NCBI GenBank assembly: GCA_964363635.1
Contig: CAYIIU010000003.1
Coordinates: forward strand, 1-63,451
Source: an uncultured archaeon
GTDB taxonomy: Archaea > Iainarchaeota > Iainarchaeia > Iainarchaeales > VGJJ01
DNA: 63,451 nucleotides
Reading direction: 5' to 3'
This document shows positions 26,488-35,856 of the stretch, in pieces; position 1 is the stretch's first letter, and every line of letters starts with the position of its first letter. A model generated the notes under the pieces. That model did not search any database and was not told where the DNA came from. It saw nothing but the letters and a program-made list of their open reading frames with translations. The translations under genes and the position numbers were made by a program.

Positions 26488-28728
26488 TTATGAAACGGCT
26501 GGAGGCTTTTTAGAGGAACGCGTTGCGCGCGGTTTCTTGGGCGTTTTCGCCGCGGAAGAAGGAGAGGGTTTGGGAGGGATAAAAGAAGGGCCGATTACAC
26601 GCGGGCCCGAAGAAGAAAGGGGGGTGGAAACTGCAGAAGATGGTGAAATTATTTTGGAGGGCATCGCGGTGGAAGCTGCGTTCTTTTCTGCAACGCTTTT
26701 TTTCCACGCATCCTTGCTCGGACAATCATAATTGACGCAAATTTCCATCTTAAATTTCTTTCCCGCCAAACGTATGAGCGGGGCCTTGTTGCACACCGGA
26801 CAGATTTTGTTCGTGGGATAGAGTGTTCCTTTTTGCGGCAAGGGAAACGTGGTGCGGCAATTGGGAAACTGGTCGCAGCCGAGGAAACGCTTCTGCGTCG
26901 CGGCAGCTTTGCGCATCACCAGTTGTCCTTTTTCGCAATTGGGGCACTTCCCCATCGTGTCTTGCTTGAAAAGCGCTTTTTTCAAATCCAATGAAATGGC
27001 ACTCTTGTTGAGGAGAAGCTGATCAAGCACGTGCAACAGCATGACGCGGGAGTCGTCCACGACTTTTGTTTTTTTGGTTTTTCCGCCCGCAACGTCATCC
27101 ATTTCGTGTTCGAGTTCCGCCGTCATCTTGGGTTCGGTGACAATTTTGGAATGCTTCTCCAGCGAATCGATGACAGCAAAAGCAATCTGATTGGGTTCAA
27201 TACTCTTGATACCGGAAATATATTGGCGCTCATATAATTTTTGAATGATGGTTGCTCTAGTAGCTTTGGTCCCGAGGGAATTCTCTTCCATGAGCTTCAA
27301 CAAAGCGGATTGAGAGTAGCGCGCAGGGGGCTGCGTTTCCTTCCGAGGCATTTCAATTTGATTCACTGGAACCACATCTCCTTCTTTCAACGCGGGCAAA
27401 ATGGTTTCTTTCAACTCCGAAAAAGGATACACGGCCTTCCACCCTGCGAAAAGAATAGTTTGCCCCGTTGCGGTGAAAGGTTCGGATTTTATTTCGAGTT
27501 CAACGGAAGTGTTTTCGGTTTCCGCATCGGGCATGAATGTGGCAAGAAAGCGGCGTGCCACAAGGTCAAAAAATTTCCATTCCTTATCGCCTATTTTTCC
27601 CTTTTCGGGAACTTTCGTTGGATGCACGGGGGGATGGTCGGTGGTGTTCTTAGGGCCCTTGGATGGGTTAAGAGGCGCGGAGAGAATTCCTTCGACGAAA
27701 GGAACGTACACTTTCTCGTTTTTCAACTCCTCCAAATGCTCACGCAAGTTCATCGTGGAGGGGTATGTTTGATTGTCCGTTCGCGGATAGGAGATGTACC
27801 CGGCCATGTACAACGATTCCGCCGTATTCATTGCCTGGCCCGCGGTAAAGCCCAATGCGGATGCGGCGCGGAGCATGGTGGTGGTATCAAAGGGGATGGG
27901 GCGTGCAATCATTCTTTTTTTCTTGGAAACTTTTTTGACTAGGGCTTTTTTTTCATCTTTAATTTTATCGAATATTTCGCGTGCGACTTTTTCCTCAAAC
28001 ATTTTTCCATTTTTGTGAAACGCGTCGAACAAAATACGGTCTTTCTCCGCGTGCGCGATTATTTCCCAGTAGGGCTGCACCACGAATGCAAGACGTTCCT
28101 TTTCGCGGTTGACAATGAGCGCGAGCACAGGAGTTTGTACGCGTCCTACCGAAATGAAATCCTTCCCCATGCGATTTCCCATAATAGAAACAAAACGCGT
28201 CAACGCCGCACCCCAAATCAAATCGATTTCCCTTCGCGCATCGGCGGAGTCGGATAAGTTGTAATCCACTTTCACAAGCTCATCAAAACTCTTCACCAAT
28301 TCCTTGGGAGTCATCGCGGAAAAATAGGCACGCTCCACGTTCACGTTTGGATTGACTTCCTGCACGATTCTCAACGCCTCCACGCCAATGCTTTCTCCTT
28401 CTCGGTCGGCGTCCGTGGCGATGATTATTTTGGTGGCGCTTTTTCCCACGTCTTTCATCAACGCGGCAATGGCGGCGTCATTGGGCGAATACAGAATGGG
28501 CGCCTTCGCCAGCTCTTTCAAATCGGTGCCCTTCCAATAACTATACTGCTTGGGAAAATCCACCTCTACAATGTGTCCGCGCAGGGGAATAACCGTGCTT
28601 TCCTCCACGCCACGCGTGAAGGAGTAATACTTGACGAAACCGCGCGCTTGCGAACGAGTGGTCTTTCCTCCCAAAACCTCGGCGATGCGCTGGCCCGCAA
28701 GATTCTTTTCGGCGATGATGAGTTGCAT
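26488..28728 (-). CDS. topA: type IA DNA topoisomerase with C-terminal zinc ribbons
   Basis: TOPRIM start MQLIIAEKNLAGQRIA, DADREGE, the active-site context YISYPRTDN, and CPNC/CPVC ribbons followed by a basic S/P/K tail. The track start at 28749 is TTG. Confidence 0.9.
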   Translation of the reverse strand: MQLIIAEKNLAGQRIAEVLGGKTTRSQARGFVKYYSFTRGVEESTVIPLRGHIVEVDFPKQYSYWKGTDLKELAKAPILYSPNDAAIAALMKDVGKSATKIIIATDADREGESIGVEALRIVQEVNPNVNVERAYFSAMTPKELVKSFDELVKVDYNLSDSADARREIDLIWGAALTRFVSIMGNRMGKDFISVGRVQTPVLALIVNREKERLAFVVQPYWEIIAHAEKDRILFDAFHKNGKMFEEKVAREIFDKIKDEKKALVKKVSKKKRMIARPIPFDTTTMLRAASALGFTAGQAMNTAESLYMAGYISYPRTDNQTYPSTMNLREHLEELKNEKVYVPFVEGILSAPLNPSKGPKNTTDHPPVHPTKVPEKGKIGDKEWKFFDLVARRFLATFMPDAETENTSVELEIKSEPFTATGQTILFAGWKAVYPFSELKETILPALKEGDVVPVNQIEMPRKETQPPARYSQSALLKLMEENSLGTKATRATIIQKLYERQYISGIKSIEPNQIAFAVIDSLEKHSKIVTEPKMTAELEHEMDDVAGGKTKKTKVVDDSRVMLLHVLDQLLLNKSAISLDLKKALFKQDTMGKCPNCEKGQLVMRKAAATQKRFLGCDQFPNCRTTFPLPQKGTLYPTNKICPVCNKAPLIRLAGKKFKMEICVNYDCPSKDAWKKSVAEKNAASTAMPSKIISPSSAVSTPLSSSGPRVIGPSFIPPKPSPSSAAKTPKKPRATRSSKKPPAVS

Positions 28729-28782
28729 AGGTAACCTAAGGTAATCCAAACATTATTAACGGGTAGCACGTTTAACTAGAGT

Positions 28783-29061
28783 ATGAAACAAATTATTCTC
28801 ATCGCTATTGCAGCACTTGTATTAAACCTCATTCCGAGTGGAGCAATATGTACGGATGGAGTGAATTTTGGATATTGTATTGAATATAAAGGATTCCCAT
28901 TCCATTCTATCTTCTCCACCGAAGGAGAATTCGATATTTTCCCGACAAGTTATGCTGAAAATATCCGGAGCGAACGAATTATTGGAACGATTGCCAACAC
29001 TATCATTGCAGGGGCAATCGTCCTCATTATTTCACGCGCGAGAGAAAAAAAGAAACACTAA
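28783..29061 (+). CDS. small membrane protein (hypothetical)
   Basis: 92 aa with hydrophobic N- and C-terminal helices. Confidence 0.4.
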   Translation: MKQIILIAIAALVLNLIPSGAICTDGVNFGYCIEYKGFPFHSIFSTEGEFDIFPTSYAENIRSERIIGTIANTIIAGAIVLIISRAREKKKH

Positions 29062-29528
29062 AACCGTTTCTGAAACGACGTGGGAGGAAGGGCGTTCGTC
29101 TTCTTGATTACGGAAAGCACGGGCATGCTTTTCAGTTCGCGCACACCATCCACATTTCCTAAATCGTCGAGGACTCGTTTAACATGCGTCATATCGGGGC
29201 ACAACAACTTGAGCATGAAATTATGCTCACCCATGAGCTCGTGAAATTCTACAACCTGTTCCATATCGCTTAAACGCTTGGAAATGTTTTTGTTTTTCCC
29301 GGGTTCGGTTTTTAACAATACGAAAACGGGTTTGGCAAAACCGAGGACGTCGAGGTTAAGGTCCGCGGAAATAGTGTTGATAATTCCTTGACGTTTCAAA
29401 CGCTCAAATCTTTTTTTGATGGCCACATCCGTAAGACTGGTTTCGCGCGCGAGCTGAGAAAAAGAGGAACGACCATCATCAAGCAAGCGGCCGAGCAGCA
29501 GGAGGTCAATTTTATCGAGCGAAACCAT
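29058..29528 (-). CDS. Lrp/AsnC-family transcriptional regulator
   Basis: HTH region LDKIDLLLLGRLLDDGRSSFSQLARETSLTDVAIKKRFERLKRQGII plus a RAM-like C-domain. The TATA-like ttttataga lies about 25 nt upstream. Confidence 0.85.
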   Translation of the reverse strand: MVSLDKIDLLLLGRLLDDGRSSFSQLARETSLTDVAIKKRFERLKRQGIINTISADLNLDVLGFAKPVFVLLKTEPGKNKNISKRLSDMEQVVEFHELMGEHNFMLKLLCPDMTHVKRVLDDLGNVDGVRELKSMPVLSVIKKTNALPPTSFQKRF

Positions 29529-29636
29529 GCTAGTAAGATGATTTTATTCTATAAAATGGTTTGGATTCCATACCAACGCTCAACGCGCGAATTCGTTGAA
29601 ATAAAGCATTTTAAGGGCATTCCACGCAAGATAGGA

Positions 29637-30443
29637 ATGGCAGCGAGCAAAAAGACATCGGAAAGCAAAGGGCACGTTTCGAGTACGATTAATTTTGACG
29701 CACTCCAGGCTACACTTGAAAATGCCGTGAAGAAAAACACTCCCAACAAGGAAAAATTCGGCATTGCATTTTCGGGTGGATTAGACTCGGGAACGATTGC
29801 ATTTTTGGCTGGAAAAATTTCGAAAAACGCTGTGCTATTATGCGTGGGTTTTCCGGGAAGCTCCGATTTGAAAAGAGTACGGCCGCTGGCAAAGAAAATG
29901 AAGATGAAACTGGTTGTGCATGAATTGAATGAAAAAGAAATGATAGAAAATTATGCGCACGCGAAAAAGATTTTGAAGACTGATGATAAATTACAGTGCA
30001 CGCTCGGAGCAGTCAATTTGACCATTGCAAAATTGGCGCACGACGAAAAATTGACGCACGTTTTCGTGGGGTCGGGAGCAGATGAACTGTTCTGCGGATA
30101 CGGAGCATTTGACAAATGCCGCGGCGATTCGGACGCGTGCGAGAAGCTGCGCACGGAAAAGATGACGAATGTGCATGAGCATGATGTGAAACGGGAAATT
30201 CGATGCGCAAATGAATATGAAATCACGTTGCACGCACCCTATTTAGATGAAACATTTGCCGCACTTGCGTTGAAAGTTCCGGCACTGGAAAATTTACAAG
30301 GAAAATACGGGCATGTTCGGAAGAACACCCTTCGCGTGCTGGCCGAAAAAATGGGCGTTTTGAAAGAAATCGTTCATGCACCCAAAAAAGCCATGCAGTA
30401 TGGGAGCGGCACCCAAAAAGCGATTAAACGCAGCATCAGGTAA
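29637..30443 (+). CDS. asparagine-synthase-C-domain-like PP-loop ATP pyrophosphatase (no glutaminase domain)
   Basis: IAFSGGLDSGTIAFLAG (SGGxDS PP-loop) and FVGSGADELFCGYGAF. The start is uncertain (29538, 29556 or 29637), and the track start at 29388 is TTG inside lrp. Confidence 0.7.
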   Translation: MAASKKTSESKGHVSSTINFDALQATLENAVKKNTPNKEKFGIAFSGGLDSGTIAFLAGKISKNAVLLCVGFPGSSDLKRVRPLAKKMKMKLVVHELNEKEMIENYAHAKKILKTDDKLQCTLGAVNLTIAKLAHDEKLTHVFVGSGADELFCGYGAFDKCRGDSDACEKLRTEKMTNVHEHDVKREIRCANEYEITLHAPYLDETFAALALKVPALENLQGKYGHVRKNTLRVLAEKMGVLKEIVHAPKKAMQYGSGTQKAIKRSIR

Positions 30444-31056
30444 AAACTTGGCTGACATCCAGCTTTGAATATGGAGTGCTCCCGGGCAAAGAGTTGCTTC
30501 CAAGGACATCAAACACTTCCACGTTGCAATTCACGAACGATGGGGTAATGACAATATTCTTGTGAATGACAAATGGACGGGAAACCGTTAGTGAACTGTT
30601 GGAGGATGCGCGGGTGCAGGACAAAATACCATACGCGCGTTTATCATCGCGAACGGAAGGGGATGTGAGCGCAAGGCCTTCGAGGCGGTTCTGCATATAC
30701 ACACTCAAATTGACGTCGCAGTTGGTGCCAAAATTCGTATTCATGTAGAGCGTGGCGTTGTCCCAATAGGCTTCAACGGCGTCATTGAATTCCAGCGTAT
30801 CATAATTGGTTGGAACACAGTTGGGACCAGGAGGAGGAAGCTGGGTCGCTATTTTTTGGAGAATAGCATCCGAAGCAAAATTCTCCAATGCATTGCGGAC
30901 CATAAACCAATCTTTGGAAAGCGATTGGCTCACGACGCCCAATTCGGCCGAATGAAATTGGGTGTTGTACTGCACGGATTGGGAATAAAAAAAAGAAATG
31001 AGAAAAATGACCGCGAAAGCAGACACAAACACCGAAAAGAAACCGCGGGAAATCAT
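30436..31056 (-). CDS. pilin-like protein (class III signal peptide)
   Basis: The ATG at 31056 gives MISRGFFSVFVSAFAVIFLISFF. ATGA overlap with the upstream gene. Confidence 0.6.
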   Translation of the reverse strand: MISRGFFSVFVSAFAVIFLISFFYSQSVQYNTQFHSAELGVVSQSLSKDWFMVRNALENFASDAILQKIATQLPPPGPNCVPTNYDTLEFNDAVEAYWDNATLYMNTNFGTNCDVNLSVYMQNRLEGLALTSPSVRDDKRAYGILSCTRASSNSSLTVSRPFVIHKNIVITPSFVNCNVEVFDVLGSNSLPGSTPYSKLDVSQVFT

Positions 31057-31367
31057 GGGGACTCCACGCACACTGTCTGCACGGCCCAATCAAACTGGTC
31101 TGTGGGATCGAGGGGCGTTGTGGTGACGAGGGGACGGAAACCAATGTCGCAGGCGCAGGATTTGAGAGAAGCAGAACAACTAGAAGAACCATCAGGTCCT
31201 CCGTAAAACCATGCGACAACCGCATCCTTGGCTTGAATTTGAAGCAATTGTTGCGCGGGAGAATACATGGGTTTGGATGCATGAATCAGAAGTGAAAACA
31301 ATAACACGACGACAATGGCGCCATAGACCATGTCAACCGAAAAAACAAATCCGCGCACGTTAAACAC
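31053..31367 (-). CDS. pilin-like protein
   Basis: MFNVRGFVFSVDMVYGAIVVVLLFSLL. GTG start with an 8-nt overlap with the upstream gene. Confidence 0.55.
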   Translation of the reverse strand: MFNVRGFVFSVDMVYGAIVVVLLFSLLIHASKPMYSPAQQLLQIQAKDAVVAWFYGGPDGSSSCSASLKSCACDIGFRPLVTTTPLDPTDQFDWAVQTVCVESP

Positions 31368-32091
31368 CCCACACGCGGAAGTTCAAATCCGTCAAATATT
31401 GAGGGCAAAGACCATCCATGCATTCGCGCAAATCCCCTGCAGAAGGATGAAATGGAAAAATCAGCATCCGGCGCTGAATCATTAAATAGGGGTTTCCACG
31501 AATATTAGGCGTCAAAAAACGAAGGGTGCTTCCATCGGAGAGCAAGGCATTCATATCAATGTAAAAATCAGAAGAAAGACCCAGCTGCGGAGGGCGAACG
31601 GAGCTGCGGCTATCTATTATACAATTTTCTAAGCTTGAAAGTTCATTATCGTACAACCAGCCGCGGGGATAGTATGTCAAGGAAGGGGCAGGGGGAAATC
31701 CAGGCACGTGAGGAGGGAAGGTTGCCTTAAACTCTGCATTGGGACCGCAGCGAGCGTTGAATTGTGAAGGAAAAACATCAAGAACATCACAATCCGGATC
31801 GGGGACCGTATCGCCGCAGATGGAGGTAGAGCCCAAAAAATTACAGCGGTTAGGATCACCGTCGGGAATACCATAACATTCGGGCGGAGTGAACTGCACG
31901 AGAAAATCGCTCCGGCTAACTAAATTATTGGAACCCAGCAAGGCTTCGGAAAGCAGCTGGCGGGAATTCCTCTCCTGCTGGCCGTAAAAAATAGATAATT
32001 CGGAACTGCTCAAAATGAGACCGATGGCCAACGTGAAAATAGCCGCCGCCAAAACCACATCGAGCGACCAAAATTGTCCGCGGGAATTCAT
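31360..32091 (-). CDS. pilin-like protein (class III signal peptide)
   Basis: The N-terminus is MNSRGQFWSLDVVLAAAIFTLAIGLIL. Confidence 0.65.
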   Translation of the reverse strand: MNSRGQFWSLDVVLAAAIFTLAIGLILSSSELSIFYGQQERNSRQLLSEALLGSNNLVSRSDFLVQFTPPECYGIPDGDPNRCNFLGSTSICGDTVPDPDCDVLDVFPSQFNARCGPNAEFKATFPPHVPGFPPAPSLTYYPRGWLYDNELSSLENCIIDSRSSVRPPQLGLSSDFYIDMNALLSDGSTLRFLTPNIRGNPYLMIQRRMLIFPFHPSAGDLRECMDGLCPQYLTDLNFRVWGV

Positions 32092-32606
32092 GGCTTGACC
32101 TCGATGGAGAATGCATCAAAACATCCAGCAACATTGAACGAATGATTGTCATCATAGTTGGAATGAATAATAGTAATAGAATTCACATCGATATCGTAGG
32201 TAAGGCCGGCGTCGACTCCGCGCACCAACGCATGAAAATTAATCTCGGAAGCATTAATATCCCAATCGACGGAACAAGGAATGCCCGGCTGCGTTCCAAC
32301 AGCGCGAACCGTTTCAAGCAACGTGATGCCGGTGGAACGAACATTCTCATCCAAATAAATGGGCAAAAGAGACCCAACGAACAGGGAAGCGGTGGGCGGA
32401 TACTCGCCTGCCTCATAATAGTAACCTCCCGCATACGAGGCCAACCAATGTATCTGCTGCAGGTTTTCCCGAACCTGCTGACGAATAGAAATTTCTTTCT
32501 GCACATCTTCAAAACGATCCAAGACACTCGAAAAAACATTCAGCACGATAAGCAGGACGAGGAGAGCCAACAATAAATCCAATCCTGACTGGCCTTTAGA
32601 ATGCAT
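32088..32606 (-). CDS. pilin-like protein (class III signal peptide)
   Basis: The ATG at 32606 gives MHSKGQSGLDLLLALLVLLIVLNVF. Confidence 0.65.
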   Translation of the reverse strand: MHSKGQSGLDLLLALLVLLIVLNVFSSVLDRFEDVQKEISIRQQVRENLQQIHWLASYAGGYYYEAGEYPPTASLFVGSLLPIYLDENVRSTGITLLETVRAVGTQPGIPCSVDWDINASEINFHALVRGVDAGLTYDIDVNSITIIHSNYDDNHSFNVAGCFDAFSIEVKP

Positions 32607-32701
32607 ACATCCCAAAACAACAATCTGCCGTATTTAATCATTCGGCCTCTATTGAAAAAAATACGGCACGGAAGGATGAAAACCGCCATCGAAAACGGCT
32701 C

Positions 32702-33670
32702 TTAATAAGGACCATAAAACCACAAAATAGACGGAACAAGAATAAACATTCCCGCATCGAGCGAAAGGTCAAACGATTGAAAGACGCGGCGAAGGGAATA
32801 AGAAGCCAGGATTACCCCGGCAGCCGAGAGACCGCCTACCAAAAAAACACCCAGCACTTGGAAAAGAACCCACCCATGCGGGGAAAACGAAAAAGAAAGA
32901 GGGTTGGAATGCTTCCACACGATAAATGTGAATACGATACACCCGCCAAAAACGGCCAGCAAAAAATACCAGGGAATAATGGTCACATCGCCCAACGACG
33001 CAGCCACGGCACTGCGAATCGAACCGTTCAATGAGGCTAAACCGATGCTGAAGACCAAGTTGCTCACTCCCATCGAAAGAGATGCGCGGCCGGAAAGCCA
33101 ACCCACATTCACGAGGCCGGGGCCCACACCCGGAAGGAGGCCTGAAAAACAACCAATGCATGCATCGCGGATTTTTTGAACGCGCGAATGGCGAACATAA
33201 ATGGAATGGCGCGTCCACGAGACGCCCCACCACCCCAAAAAGAACGCAGGAAGAACCGCTGACACCACGCGTTCGTGCAGGAGCCACCAGCCCGAGATTA
33301 GCAGAATAATTCCACCAATCCCATTCAACGGACTTTTTGGAAACGAAGCCCAAAACCAAAAAAATACCGCTAGAAGCAAGATAGGAAAAACAAAACCATC
33401 CAATGAACTATTAGAAAAAAATTGCGAATAAACCAGCAAACCCACAAAAGCAATGAAAAAACCAACCAGAACATCCTCGCGAGAGGAATGCTCCTGCGAA
33501 AACAACGCATGAACCACCCCCACGGAAGCGAGGCCGATGACCAGCCACACCCACGCATTTCCGCCCAACACGGAAAACCAAATGAGCAGCGGAAAAATAG
33601 TGGGAAGACCCAGACGCGTGAAAAAAACGCCGATAAAAACGCCGCACGCCAATTCAAGGAGCATCTTCAT
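32702..33670 (-). CDS. polytopic membrane protein inside the pilus locus (function unknown)
   Basis: At least 8 hydrophobic segments. The internal GLLPGVGPG string is faintly TctA/DUF112-like by eye only. Confidence 0.5.
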   Translation of the reverse strand: MKMLLELACGVFIGVFFTRLGLPTIFPLLIWFSVLGGNAWVWLVIGLASVGVVHALFSQEHSSREDVLVGFFIAFVGLLVYSQFFSNSSLDGFVFPILLLAVFFWFWASFPKSPLNGIGGIILLISGWWLLHERVVSAVLPAFFLGWWGVSWTRHSIYVRHSRVQKIRDACIGCFSGLLPGVGPGLVNVGWLSGRASLSMGVSNLVFSIGLASLNGSIRSAVAASLGDVTIIPWYFLLAVFGGCIVFTFIVWKHSNPLSFSFSPHGWVLFQVLGVFLVGGLSAAGVILASYSLRRVFQSFDLSLDAGMFILVPSILWFYGPY

Positions 33671-34028
33671 CACGCTCAACAAGAGAAAGGTGCATGGACT
33701 CTACAATGCATAATCGGCCGCGCGGCGTAAGCACCAGCGAGGCGCGGATGAAAAAATAATCATGCGGAAAAACAAACAATGATGAAGGAGGGTGCCTGAA
33801 ATAGCATGTAATGAGACCATTGTTCTTGACATCAAACACTAAACTTTCACCTGAAAAATGAGGACGCTCGACAAAACCGGAAAATTGAATCCGATGCGGA
33901 AGGGGGAGTGCAAAGGCTTCAGAGACAGAGGAAAGAGAGGAAACCGAATGCGTGTCCAGCGACTCCACCAACGCGCCAGACGCCACCGCTAGAACCAGCC
34001 AGCCCAGCCACGCATACTCCTCATGCAT
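33654..34028 (-). CDS. hypothetical membrane-anchored protein (possible OB-like fold)
   Basis: N-terminal helix WLGWLVLAVASGAL, then FSGFVERPHFSGESLVFDVKNNGLITCYF. Confidence 0.4.
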   Translation of the reverse strand: MHEEYAWLGWLVLAVASGALVESLDTHSVSSLSSVSEAFALPLPHRIQFSGFVERPHFSGESLVFDVKNNGLITCYFRHPPSSLFVFPHDYFFIRASLVLTPRGRLCIVESMHLSLVERDEDAP

Positions 34029-34072
34029 GAGCGCGTTGGGCGTGCAAAGAAATTAAAAGCTAGGGGAAAAAA

Positions 34073-35278
34073 TTATGGGACTACGACAAATGTGTCCGTC
34101 CGAATATTGTTCCCTTTATCAGCCGCCAATTCCTCACCATTAAAAACGGCGGGGTTACTGCCAATATAGTCAAAATGAGCAACATGGGAAATAGCAACGA
34201 GCTTGTAACTGGGACCGACTTGCAGGCCAAGGGCGGCAGGATTGATTAAATAATTATGCAAAATGGGCGGAGTCATATTTTCAATATTGACTGGGGGCAC
34301 ATTTTGTATAGCAAAAGCGGGCGAACTAGGGACCGCATACGATACCACCAGCGCATAGGCCTGCGGAATAACTGTGTCGTTAGGAGTACTCCCATATTGG
34401 ATTACATGCATTGTTGCAGCGGGGAATAATTTAGGGTTGGAAGGATTCAATAGTTCTTGGACCACCAAATCATATCCTGCAGGAGTATTGTCAATCCTCT
34501 CGCATAAATCATTTGAACCCGGCAAATCTTCGCAGATTGCAATGAGTTGTACAGAAGACATTCCAAGATAACTAGTATTGGCAAGAACGAGGTCATTTAG
34601 CTGAACACCTACTGTTGAAATCGAACTTTGTTGAATGGAAGAGGGTAGTGGTGTTAAAGCCGTGGAAAGGATATCCACATACGGCGAACCACCCGGCAAA
34701 CAACCAGTCGTGCTAATTAGTTGGCAGCTGTTGAGGCATGCCAAATTGCCGGTAGTGCCCGGCACCAACGAAGCGCACGTCGCTCCACCAAAATCAGATC
34801 CATCGCATATTTCAGGAGGAACCGCGGCGGGATCAATAACCCCATTTCCGCACCCGGGAGCAACCGGCGCCCCGCACGCCACGAGGCCGCCGCAATACGG
34901 ATTATCGGCATGGTCCCAATCGATCTGGACCTGAGAATACGAACGCAGCGATGCCACCGCATCGCACACTTGCATGCATCCGGGAGGGCGGCCATTCAAA
35001 CCGACCTGCAGTTCCTCATCGACATATCGGTCCCAATTTCCACTCGTGCGGACGTGAATTTTAATACCATTTCCAGCAAGGACCTCAGGAGTAACTTGAT
35101 TAATTTTTACGCGCAAGTTGCTTTTCTCGACGAATGGAAGAATGGCCAGCTTCGCCACGTACGCAGCGTTTGTTTTATTCTGGTTCTCAACATATGGAAT
35201 GACAATAGCGAGGACGACGACTAAAACAAACGAAACGACAAGCAATACTTCAATACTCGTTTGACCGCGTGTGTGCAT
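34073..35278 (-). CDS. large type IV pilin-like protein with Cys-rich repeat
   Basis: MHTRGQTSIEVLLVVSFVLVVVLAIV is a class III signal. The internal segment is CGNGVIDPAAVPPEICDGSDFGGATCASL...C...C. Confidence 0.75.
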   Translation of the reverse strand: MHTRGQTSIEVLLVVSFVLVVVLAIVIPYVENQNKTNAAYVAKLAILPFVEKSNLRVKINQVTPEVLAGNGIKIHVRTSGNWDRYVDEELQVGLNGRPPGCMQVCDAVASLRSYSQVQIDWDHADNPYCGGLVACGAPVAPGCGNGVIDPAAVPPEICDGSDFGGATCASLVPGTTGNLACLNSCQLISTTGCLPGGSPYVDILSTALTPLPSSIQQSSISTVGVQLNDLVLANTSYLGMSSVQLIAICEDLPGSNDLCERIDNTPAGYDLVVQELLNPSNPKLFPAATMHVIQYGSTPNDTVIPQAYALVVSYAVPSSPAFAIQNVPPVNIENMTPPILHNYLINPAALGLQVGPSYKLVAISHVAHFDYIGSNPAVFNGEELAADKGNNIRTDTFVVVP

Positions 35279-35280
35279 GA

Positions 35281-35856
35281 TTAGCTCGCATTAAAATCAA
35301 TAATATAACGGAAATTGCCGCTCGAAAAATAACGGCCTGCCATTCTAAAAGTCTGCGTAAAACCGGACTGGCCGACATCCAGAGTAAATGACGCATCGGG
35401 GGCCGCATCGCCTTGGCAGCGAAGTTCAACAAAAGAAGGAAAGACAAAATCTTTAGAGCAAAGCATGGCAATAGCGGGGTCGGAAGGATTTTCAACGCAA
35501 TCCGCAGGCGCCTGTCCGGTGGCATCAAACACGTCCGAATTCAATGGAAAAGTAATGCCGACATTTTTACCGTTGTTGTTGCAAAAGAATGTGCTTCCCT
35601 TGGGAAGATAAATATCCACAATTTGGCGGGAATCGCCCGGAATAATAGTCATGTTGCTGATGGAAGAAGCAATGACCTTCAACCCCGCGTCTGCAAAACC
35701 AACCTTACTCACATCATCCATAGCGAATTGCACGCGCTGGCCCAAGGGGACAACGACCGCAGCCATAATAACGAGCATGAAAATGAGGACGAGAATGAAT
35801 TCTAAACTGGCTTGGCCGCGCGAACCGGACGAAGCAAAACGCATCGTGGTTTTCAT
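35281..35856 (-). CDS. type IV pilin-like protein
   Basis: MKTTMRFASSGSRGQASLEFILVLIFMLVIMAAVVV. ATGA overlap with the peptidase stop. Confidence 0.75.
   Translation of the reverse strand: MKTTMRFASSGSRGQASLEFILVLIFMLVIMAAVVVPLGQRVQFAMDDVSKVGFADAGLKVIASSISNMTIIPGDSRQIVDIYLPKGSTFFCNNNGKNVGITFPLNSDVFDATGQAPADCVENPSDPAIAMLCSKDFVFPSFVELRCQGDAAPDASFTLDVGQSGFTQTFRMAGRYFSSGNFRYIIDFNAS

Noticed and set aside
31375-31395. A GTTCAAATCC string resembling a tRNA T-loop.
   Set aside because: It lies inside a pilin-like CDS, and no cloverleaf can be folded around it.
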